The translations under genes and the position numbers were made by a program. Shown here one piece after another: positions 1-6,523 of a DNA stretch of 6,523 nt. Location of the stretch: the IMG/VR virus record IMGVR_UViG_2663762945_000006, positions 1 through 6,523 of that record, one strand, 5' to 3'. This DNA is from a virus. Its lineage: Duplodnaviria > Heunggongvirae > Uroviricota > Caudoviricetes. Each line of letters begins with the position of its first letter. Positions within the stretch are counted from its first letter, which is position 1. The notes under the pieces are model-generated. The model saw only the letters and a program-made list of their open reading frames with translations. It was not told the DNA's origin and did no database searches.

Positions 1-54
1 ATATAGTTAGAGCAATAACATTACCCAGGCGTTCTGGCGTAGACGATTATTCGA

Positions 55-1642
<1,588 letters not shown>

Positions 1643-1868
1643 TCATTTCCCCTTAACGCCGGGGTAGCGGAACAAAAACCTGCTGCATAGTTATTAAAGT
1701 CGAACCCTGCCATCATGTTCTTACGCCTCGGGCTGGCTACTTAACCCCTGACCACTGCCTGGTAACTCGAAGTATTGCCTGGCGTTCTGTGGGGCGGGGT
1801 GGGTTGATGAAATAATGATGCACTTTTAAAGTTATGATGTCAACACTTATAAAGTTAGCTTTTGATCA

Positions 1869-1896
1869 ATAAAAACCGCCTCGTGTGAAGCGGTTC
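1869..1896 (-). terminator. Rho-independent terminator downstream of the parE-like gene
   Basis: Minus-strand RNA would read CCGCUUC-ACAC-GAGGCGG (7-bp stem with one G-U pair, 4-nt loop) followed by UUUUUAUU. On the plus strand the same hairpin is not followed by a U tract. Lies 16 nt downstream of the parE stop (1912-1914). Confidence 0.6.
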
Positions 1897-1911
1897 TGCG
1901 AAAAAAGAGGA

Positions 1912-2193
1912 TTATCCAGGAAATTGTCGTCTGGAGTGGGTGACACTTACTATTTCAACACTCGAAGCGGCTACACGGTACAGAATGATATAGTTAGGAT
2001 GAGCTACAATCTCACGCAAGCCAAACGCTCTGTCGCTTGATGGGTATAAGTACGGATGTTCAGATAAAGCTAAAACACATGTCTCAATGCGAATCTTTAG
2101 CCTGCGTGCGGCATGGAGATTTTCTTTTGCAATATAGGCTACGATCTGACGTAAATCATCACGTGCAGAAGGTAGCCATAAAATGGGCAGCAT
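1912..2193 (-). CDS. parE2: Type II toxin, ParE/RelE superfamily (93 aa), third gene of a paaR-paaA-parE-type three-component TA operon
   Basis: MLPILWLPSARDDLRQIVAYIAKENLHAARRLKIRIETCVLALSEHPYLYPSSDRAFGLREIVAHPNYIILYRV...VEIVSVTHSRR has the ParE-like pattern (W.P.A..DL..I..YIA..N...A.R......) and the C-terminal (E)I(V/L)(S/R)V.H motif. The ATG overlaps the antitoxin stop (TAATG). SD-like GGGAG about 6 nt upstream. Paralog number (parE1 versus parE2) cannot be decided from sequence alone. Confidence 0.8.
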   Translation of the reverse strand: MLPILWLPSARDDLRQIVAYIAKENLHAARRLKIRIETCVLALSEHPYLYPSSDRAFGLREIVAHPNYIILYRVAASSVEIVSVTHSRRQFPG

Positions 2194-2384
2194 TACACAC
2201 TCCCGCTAGTCGCAGCAATTTGGGCAATGAGATTTTCCATTTCTGCCATTACATCATCATGAGGAATTGCAGGGCGCGGATCTGCAAGATTTGCAGCTAC
2301 TTTTGCACGTAGCCATTCGTTGTAATTATTTTCTTGCTCAACGGTTTCAAACTCAGAAACCATCGGCGAAAGGGCAGTGTTCAT
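2193..2384 (-). CDS. paaA2: Type II antitoxin, PaaA2-like (63 aa), partner of the ParE toxin
   Basis: MNTALSPMVSEFETVEQENNYNEWLRAKVAANLADPRPAIPHDDVMAEMENLIAQIAATSGSV. Length 63 aa and the ...NEWLRAKV... motif match my recollection of the PaaA2 antitoxin of E. coli O157:H7. Start chosen at the internal ATG (2382-2384) because a perfect AGGAGG lies 6 nt upstream; the longer 84-aa ORF (to 2447) has no RBS and overlaps the upstream gene. Confidence 0.75.
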   Translation of the reverse strand: MNTALSPMVSEFETVEQENNYNEWLRAKVAANLADPRPAIPHDDVMAEMENLIAQIAATSGSV

Positions 2385-2413
2385 AACATACCTCCTTTGG
2401 CTTATGATGTAGA

Positions 2414-2821
2414 CTATGCTCGGTGCCCTTTCTGGGCAGCGAGCCATCTTGCAACAGTGCGCTCCATTGATTCTTTTTTGTCTTTCATGTCTTTAAGCAT
2501 TTTTTCTTGATCTTCCTCTGGAAATGCTCCGAATGTTTGAAGCAGTTCCATTTGCCTGGGGCCTATTTTCATAGTATCTGGCACCACAACCTGCTCTTCT
2601 TCGTTTGGCGGTAACATAAACCAATATGGGGGATAACCCGTTACTTCAGAAAGTTTATCAAGATTAGCTGTTGATGGACTTGTGATTCCGTGAACCCACT
2701 TTTGTACCGATTGCTGGGCAACACCAATCCTGCGGGCTAGTTCTGCCTGCTTAAGTCCTGTTTTTTCCAGTACCAATTTTATTCGGTACGTGGTTATTTC
2801 AAGGGTGGTCATTCGCTTCAT
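2414..2821 (-). CDS. paaR2: XRE-family HTH transcriptional regulator (135 aa), PaaR2-like; occupies the CI-repressor position of the prophage switch; no S24 peptidase domain
   Basis: N-terminal HTH: ...LEKTGLKQAELARRIGVAQQSVQKWVHGITSPSTANLDKLSEVTGYP... The C-terminal about 60 aa are acidic/lysine-rich with no Ala-Gly/Ser-Lys peptidase signature. Divergent from the Cro-like gene across a 107-bp promoter region, and immediately upstream of and co-oriented with the antitoxin-toxin pair. Start could be ATG at 2821 (probably leaderless) or the in-frame ATG at 2812. Confidence 0.75.
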   Translation of the reverse strand: MKRMTTLEITTYRIKLVLEKTGLKQAELARRIGVAQQSVQKWVHGITSPSTANLDKLSEVTGYPPYWFMLPPNEEEQVVVPDTMKIGPRQMELLQTFGAFPEEDQEKMLKDMKDKKESMERTVARWLAAQKGHRA

Positions 2822-2928
2822 GCATTCATTTTACATAAAAAAAGTGTAACTAGCACAATCAGCTTAAAGGTGTTGATAAACTAACTTTAAAAGTGTATAA
2901 ATCATGGTGATTCACTGGAGATAACGAT
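2822..2928. promoter_or_regulatory. Divergent promoter/operator region between the paaR2-like repressor and Cro-like ydaS
   Basis: Plus-strand candidate promoter: -35 TTGATA (2873-2878), about 17-bp spacer, TG-extended -10 (TGtATAAAT, 2894-2902), SD GGAG (2917-2920), ATG at 2929. Short symmetric elements: TTACA-N9-TGTAA (2831-2849), ACTTT-a-AAAGT (2884-2894), AATCA-tgg-TGATT (2900-2912). The repressor gene starts at the region edge with no obvious SD, consistent with a leaderless transcript. Confidence 0.5.
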
Positions 2929-3195
2929 ATGCATGAATGTTTAAAAAATAAAATTCACCAAAGAGGGTTATCCCAAGCAGGTATTGCTCGTTTGATTGGA
3001 TTACCGCAACAGGTTGTGTCTCGATGGGCTAATGGTCAGCAGGTCCCTGCATCAAGGGTTCTGCAACTTTGTGAGATTATGGCGTGGGAGGTTACCCCCC
3101 ACGAACTCCGACCTGATATTTATCCTAACCCAACAGACGGCTTGCCTGCTGAGTTTCAGACTAGCACACAGCCAGCGACGGGAGTTGATTCATGA
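2929..3195 (+). CDS. ydaS: Cro-like HTH protein, YdaS family (88 aa)
   Basis: MHECLKNKIHQRGLSQAGIARLIGLPQQVVSRWANGQQVPASRVLQLCEIMAWEVTPHELRPDIYPNP...; HTH plus the ELRPDI motif typical of YdaS/Cro-like prophage proteins. Its stop overlaps the ydaT start (ATGA, 3192-3195). Confidence 0.75.
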   Translation: MHECLKNKIHQRGLSQAGIARLIGLPQQVVSRWANGQQVPASRVLQLCEIMAWEVTPHELRPDIYPNPTDGLPAEFQTSTQPATGVDS

Positions 3196-3617
3196 AAATC
3201 AAGCATGAGCACATCCGCATGGCGATGAATGCCTGGGCATATCCTGACGGTGAGAAGGTGCCAGCTGCTGCTATTGCCAGAGCGTATTTTGAACTGGGGA
3301 TGACATATCCCGAGTTGCACAACGACGACAGGCACAACGCGCTCTATCTCAACACCCAAAAGATTTTCCGTTGGCTGGATAAAGACACTCCTGATGCTGT
3401 TGAGAAAATTCAGGCATTGTTACCGGCGATCGAAAGGGCAATGCCACCTCCGCTGGTAGCCCGAATGCGCAGCCACAGTTCCGCTTATTTTCGGGAGCTG
3501 GTGGAGACGCAGGAACGGCTAGTGAAAGATATCGATGATTTCGTTGCATCAGCGATCGTTCTGTTCGACCAGATGAATCGTGGTGGTCCGGCGGGTAATT
3601 CCGTGGCTGTGCATTGA
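3192..3617 (+). CDS. ydaT: YdaT-family protein (141 aa), proposed CII-like regulator / former 'toxin YdaT'
   Basis: MKIKHEHIRMAMNAWAYPDGEKVPAAAIARAYFELGMTYPELHND...; matches my recollection of Rac-prophage YdaT (about 140 aa, same N-terminus). SD-like GGGAG 7 nt upstream. Translationally coupled to ydaS. Confidence 0.75.
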   Translation: MKIKHEHIRMAMNAWAYPDGEKVPAAAIARAYFELGMTYPELHNDDRHNALYLNTQKIFRWLDKDTPDAVEKIQALLPAIERAMPPPLVARMRSHSSAYFRELVETQERLVKDIDDFVASAIVLFDQMNRGGPAGNSVAVH

Positions 3618-3688
3618 CTGAAAATATTTATACCGGATCGCTTCCGGCAATTCGTGAGTAAAAAGATTCGGTCTCAGAAGAGGTGAGT

Positions 3689-4729
3689 ATGGCTAATGCC
3701 TGGCTCAGATTATGGCATGACATGCCAAATGACCCTAAGTGGCGAACAATTTCCAGGGTGTCAGGACAGCCAATCGCAACAGTGATGGCTGTGTATATCC
3801 ACCTTCTGGTGAGCGCGTCACGAAATGTCACGACATGTCACGGCGTGTCACTACGTGGTCACATTGATGTCACAACGGAAGATTTAGCAAGTGCACTTGA
3901 TGTGACGGAAGAAGTAATTGATTCAATTTTGCAGGCGATGCAGGGGCGGGTGCTTGATGGAGATTTAATCACTGGATGGGAAAAACGCCAGGTAGCGAAA
4001 GAGGATAACGGCAACGTTTCGCAAACCGCGAAATCCCCGGCAGAGCGTAAGAGAGCACAACGCGAGAGGGAAAAATTACGAAAACAGAATGAGGGGTGTC
4101 ACGATGAGTCACGCATATGTCACGACATGTCACTACGAGTCACGACAGATAAAGATACAGATAAAGAATTAAACCCCACACATAACGCGCGCGTGCGCGA
4201 GAGTGCTCCGACCAGTGAATCGAACGGTACGCCGTTGCAGGCAGCGGAACCTGATTACCAGGAAAGCCTGAGCGAACCCATCGGGAAGTTTCCGATGGCC
4301 GATGGCTGGCATCCGTCGCCGGATTTTCGACGGCGGGCTGCACTGTGGGGAGTGGCTCTGCCGGAGCCTGAATTTACACCTGCTGAACTTGCCGCCTTCA
4401 GGGACTACTGGGCAGCTGAGGGGAAAGTTTTTACGCAGGTTCAGTGGGAGCAGAAATTCGCCCGTCACGTAAATCACGTCAGGGCGCAGGTTAAACCAGT
4501 CAGCAAGGGGGTGCGTCATACAGCAGCACCAGGTGGCACCGCATCACGGGCAGTTCGGGAAATTCGGGCAGCACGTGAGCAGTGGGAACGTGAAAACGGA
4601 TTTGTCAGCGACGGAAACGGCGTGGAAGCTGTGGGAGCTCATGGGGGAGGTTTATTCAAACCGCTGGACTCAGAAGAACGGGGCCGCACCTTCGAAGCTC
4701 TGGATTGCCCAGATTGGCGCGATGACTGA
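3689..4729 (+). CDS. Phage replication initiator (lambda O functional analogue) with a DnaT-like C-terminal domain; carries two internal iteron arrays
   Basis: ATG at 3689 with AAGAGG 6 nt upstream (the listed ORF begins at GTG 3683). C-terminal region [62 protein letters not shown] closely parallels the E. coli DnaT C-terminal domain (recalled: [61 protein letters not shown]). The position after the cro/cII-like genes and the internal direct repeats fit an O-like initiator. The last about 65 codons overlap the next gene in another frame, so the true 3' end is uncertain. Confidence 0.7.
   Translation: MANAWLRLWHDMPNDPKWRTISRVSGQPIATVMAVYIHLLVSASRNVTTCHGVSLRGHIDVTTEDLASALDVTEEVIDSILQAMQGRVLDGDLITGWEKRQVAKEDNGNVSQTAKSPAERKRAQREREKLRKQNEGCHDESRICHDMSLRVTTDKDTDKELNPTHNARVRESAPTSESNGTPLQAAEPDYQESLSEPIGKFPMADGWHPSPDFRRRAALWGVALPEPEFTPAELAAFRDYWAAEGKVFTQVQWEQKFARHVNHVRAQVKPVSKGVRHTAAPGGTASRAVREIRAAREQWERENGFVSDGNGVEAVGAHGGGLFKPLDSEERGRTFEALDCPDWRDD
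3817..3873. repeat. Iteron array 1: six direct copies of GTCAC(G) at 10-11 bp phasing
   Basis: GTCAC begins at 3817, 3827, 3837, 3847, 3858 and 3869 (cgTCACGaaatGTCACGacatGTCACGgcgtGTCACTacgtgGTCACAttgatGTCACA). An inverted copy GTGAC lies at 3902-3906. Inside the O-like CDS (codons ~43-62). Confidence 0.75.
4097..4167. repeat. Iteron array 2 (five GTCAC(G) copies at 10-11 bp phasing) plus a tandem 12-bp A-rich duplication; candidate replication origin
   Basis: GTCAC at 4098, 4108, 4119, 4129 and 4139. The 17-mer ATGTCACGACATGTCAC is shared with array 1 (3825-3841 and 4117-4133). Followed immediately by ACAGATAAAGAt ACAGATAAAGAa (4145-4167), an AT-rich stretch, and then a (CG)-rich tract at 4184-4199. 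Confidence 0.7.
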
Positions 4730-5183
4730 ACAGCAAATCAGGCTGGTCTGCCGTCAGTGCATGGACCGCTGCCGGGCGGGTGAAACGTGGCCCCCGGACC
4801 TGGCTGAGTTTGTTGCGCTGATTTCGGAGAGTGGGGCAAATCCATTTGGTCTTACGGTGGATGCCGTGATGGAAGAGTACCGGCGCTGGCGCAATGAATC
4901 CTGGCGGTACGACGGGAGTGATAAATACCCGTGGCCACAGCCTGTGCTGTACCACATTTGCCTCGAGATGCGCACCAGAGGGATTGAACGTCAGATGACT
5001 GAAAGTGAGCTGAAACGACTTGCAGAACGACTGTTGACCAAATGGGCAAAGAATGTTGGTAACGGCATGAGTGTTCCGCCAGTGCGACGACAACTGGAAG
5101 GGCCAAAACACCCGCCAGGGCCAACGCCAATTGAGTTACTGAAACAGGAATATGAGCGCCGGAAAGCGGCTGGTTTTGTCTGA
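4533..5183 (+). CDS. Lambda P-like replication protein (helicase loader), about 180-216 aa depending on start
   Basis: C-terminal half ...[40 protein letters not shown]... parallels lambda P (recalled: ...AESYPWKSNAHYWLVTNLYQNMRANALTDAELRRKAADEL...), and ...[11 protein letters not shown]...[10 protein letters not shown] parallels lambda ...GITTMEQVNAG...SPGQFVAW. Start is ambiguous: GTG 4533, GTG 4575, GTG 4590 or ATG 4641, none with a strong SD. The frame is open from 4473. An ATG at 4722 overlaps the O-like stop (ATGACTGA) but would remove conserved N-terminal residues. Confidence 0.65.
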   Translation: MAPHHGQFGKFGQHVSSGNVKTDLSATETAWKLWELMGEVYSNRWTQKNGAAPSKLWIAQIGAMTEQQIRLVCRQCMDRCRAGETWPPDLAEFVALISESGANPFGLTVDAVMEEYRRWRNESWRYDGSDKYPWPQPVLYHICLEMRTRGIERQMTESELKRLAERLLTKWAKNVGNGMSVPPVRRQLEGPKHPPGPTPIELLKQEYERRKAAGFV

Positions 5184-5216
5184 ATTTGAGAAATGATTTT
5201 GTCGGAGGAAATTTTA

Positions 5217-5930
5217 ATGGAAACCGTTTTTGACGCACTGAAAGCACTGAAAAGAGCCTCTTCACAGGAGGTGTCGGCCCGCCTTGGAATCAGCCGCGAA
5301 GATGCTGTCAACGAGCTGTGGAAGCTGAAACGCCGTGGTGAAGCAGATAACAAGGGGTCGATGTGGTGGCTGACGATTGAGGCAACTGAAATGGTCACAA
5401 AAACCACTGCGGAGATGCTGATTAACTCAATTGAACAGCATGGTCCTCAGTCGGCTGACGAACTGGCGTTAATGTTCGGGATTACCTCCCGCCGGGCGAA
5501 TTCAACGCTGGCAATGGCAATAAGCAAAGGTCGTCTGATTCGAGTAAATCAGAACGGTAAATTTCGTTACTGCCTGTCGGGCGATAATTTACCAGCAGAG
5601 CCGAAAGCTGCATCGGTAACGGAAACTGCTGGTAAAGCCTTTCCTCAGACAGCAGGTGTTGCGTTACCAGTCCGGGAAGCGGAAACACAGGAAGAAATTA
5701 AAACTGAAAGTGTGGCGGTCACAGTGCAGTCACAGCCGTCGTTCACCAGAAAGCATCCGGATAGTCTGATTTTACCATCGCTGCATGTGGCTAACCGCGA
5801 ACTGCGCCGGGCAAAAGGTCAGGTTCAGAAGTGGGAGCGAGTCTGTGCTGCGCTGCGTGAGCTGAACAAGCACCAGGATATTGTTCGACAGATTGTCGAT
5901 TCCTCCAGTCGTATTGTGTCGGAAAAGTGA
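5217..5930 (+). CDS. Hypothetical prophage protein (237 aa) with two winged-helix-like segments
   Basis: ATG at 5217 preceded by GGAGG (5204-5208, 8-nt spacer); the listed ORF starts at an upstream ATG (5193) that lacks an RBS. Segments ...[28 protein letters not shown]... and ...[35 protein letters not shown]... look like winged-helix DNA-binding motifs. No family recognised from memory. Confidence 0.6.
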   Translation: METVFDALKALKRASSQEVSARLGISREDAVNELWKLKRRGEADNKGSMWWLTIEATEMVTKTTAEMLINSIEQHGPQSADELALMFGITSRRANSTLAMAISKGRLIRVNQNGKFRYCLSGDNLPAEPKAASVTETAGKAFPQTAGVALPVREAETQEEIKTESVAVTVQSQPSFTRKHPDSLILPSLHVANRELRRAKGQVQKWERVCAALRELNKHQDIVRQIVDSSSRIVSEK

Positions 5931-5945
5931 TTGCCGGAGGTACTT

Positions 5946-6338
5946 ATGGCAAGAGTATTTACACAGGAAGAGCGGGAAGAAGTGAAGGCGCGCATTGTGG
6001 AATTCGTGCGCCTGAGCGGACGAGAAACTTTTCGACAACTGGCAGATAAAACGGGTGTCAGTAAGACCGCTATTCGTCGTTTATCTGGTGCGCTTGCGGC
6101 CAGTGGTGATGTCTGGCTCTCTGATTGCGGGGTATTTCCATCAGAGCAGGCGTATCGCGTATGGCGTAAGACACCGGAGAAGGCTGCTGACCCGACACTG
6201 ATTCGAAAGTTACCTGACGGAGAAATACGTCGTTACAACAGATGGCAGAACATAATTTGTCGTGAGTGCCGCCAGAGCGAGGTTATGCAGCGTGTGCTGG
6301 CGTTCTATCGGGGAAACTTTCAGGAGGTGATGGAGTGA
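5946..6338 (+). CDS. Hypothetical prophage protein (130 aa) with an N-terminal HTH-like segment
   Basis: ATG at 5946 with GGAGG (5936-5940) 5 nt upstream; the listed ORF starts at 5931. Segment ...GRETFRQLADKTGVSKTAIRRLSGALAASGDV... is HTH-like. Stop TGA at 6336-6338 overlaps the next start (GTGA). Confidence 0.55.
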   Translation: MARVFTQEEREEVKARIVEFVRLSGRETFRQLADKTGVSKTAIRRLSGALAASGDVWLSDCGVFPSEQAYRVWRKTPEKAADPTLIRKLPDGEIRRYNRWQNIICRECRQSEVMQRVLAFYRGNFQEVME

Positions 6339-6523
6339 GGGTGAGAGTTTATATTGCCGGTCCAATGACGGGATATGAAAATTTCAACCGTGAGGCGTTT
6401 CACAAGGCGGAAGAGGAACTGAAACGGGAAGGGCATACCGTCTTAAACCCGGCAGTACTTCCGGACGGGCTGACACAGCCGCACTACATGGATATTTGCA
6501 TGGCAATGATTCGTTGTGTGGAT
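6335..6523 (+). CDS. DUF4406-family protein (nucleoside 2-deoxyribosyltransferase-like fold), 5' part only; runs off the window end
   Basis: Translation (V)RVRVYIAGPMTGYENFNREAFHKAEEELKREGHTVLNPAVLPDGLTQPHYMDICMAMIRCVD has the characteristic (K/R)(I/V)YIAGPMTG...N...F N-terminus of DUF4406 proteins. GTG start at 6335 with AGGAGG at 6322-6327 (7-nt spacer); alternative GTG at 6341. Not in the ORF track because no stop falls within the window. Confidence 0.7.
   Translation, partial: MRVRVYIAGPMTGYENFNREAFHKAEEELKREGHTVLNPAVLPDGLTQPHYMDICMAMIRCVD

Noticed and set aside
2037-2312. Plus-strand 91-aa ORF overlapping the parE/paaA2 genes
   Set aside because: Antisense to a tightly coupled, well-supported TA gene pair; Cys/His-rich odd composition; no RBS.
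2193-2447. Longer 84-aa version of the antitoxin ORF (upstream extension MARCPERAPSIVYIISQRRYV)
   Set aside because: The extension overlaps the 3' end of the regulator gene and has no RBS, whereas the internal ATG at 2384 has a perfect AGGAGG 6 nt upstream and gives the expected 63-aa antitoxin.
2996-3549. ORFs 2996-3208 (+), 3156-3359 (-) and 3349-3549 (-)
   Set aside because: Alternative-frame or antisense ORFs inside ydaS/ydaT; short, with no RBS and no recognisable motifs.
3628-3831. Minus-strand 67-aa ORF overlapping the start of the O-like gene
   Set aside because: Antisense to the O-like gene 5' end and its RBS; no independent support.
3817-4143. Short regularly spaced direct repeats considered as a possible CRISPR array
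   Set aside because: Repeat unit is only 5-6 bp at 10-11 bp period with no 25-40 bp repeats or unique spacers, and the region is protein-coding. The pattern fits replication-origin iterons, not CRISPR.
4184-4199. Alternating (CG)-rich tract ACGCGCGCGTGCGCGA considered as a Z-DNA-forming or regulatory palindrome
   Set aside because: It is not a true palindrome beyond GCGCGC and is short. It is noted only as part of the candidate origin context, not as an independent feature.
3683-5216. Alternative upstream starts: GTG 3683 for the O-like gene and ATG 5193 for the 237-aa protein
   Set aside because: In both cases a downstream ATG (3689; 5217) has a properly spaced SD (AAGAGG; GGAGG), while the upstream start would fall within or before the SD itself.
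4140-6038. Minus-strand ORFs 4140-4343, 4169-4519, 4656-5111, 4754-4975, 4852-5265, 4991-5407, 5482-5688 and 5772-6038
   Set aside because: All are antisense to plus-strand genes with RBSs and recognisable homology (O-like, P-like) or good coding features. Their translations are Ser/Arg/Pro-rich and mutually overlapping in several frames, which is typical of spurious antisense ORFs.

Overview
The window is a mosaic with two parts. Positions 1-1618 (minus strand) hold chromosomal gene remnants: a probable 3' remnant of a DUF386 (YhcH/YjgK/YiaL-family) gene at 55-204, then an internal fragment of the phosphate ABC transporter permease genes pstC and pstA (about 201-1618) that is truncated at both ends. 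After about 290 bp of unassigned DNA carrying a minus-strand intrinsic terminator, positions 1912-6523 are the early region of a lambdoid (Rac / CP-933P-like) cryptic prophage: a three-gene toxin-antitoxin operon on the minus strand (HTH regulator paaR2-like, 63-aa antitoxin paaA2-like, ParE toxin) whose regulator sits in the CI position, divergent from a Cro-like ydaS and an overlapping ydaT; then an O-like replication initiator with a DnaT-like C-terminus and two internal iteron arrays (candidate origin), a lambda-P-like helicase loader, two hypothetical proteins with winged-helix-like motifs, and the start of a DUF4406 gene. No rRNA, tRNA, CRISPR array or IS element was recognised. All protein identifications rest on recalled family sequences and motifs, not on searches. 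The most notable observations are the doubly truncated pst fragment in foreign context, the toxin-antitoxin operon wired into a CI/Cro-like switch, the in-gene iterons, and a long out-of-frame overlap between the O-like and P-like genes.
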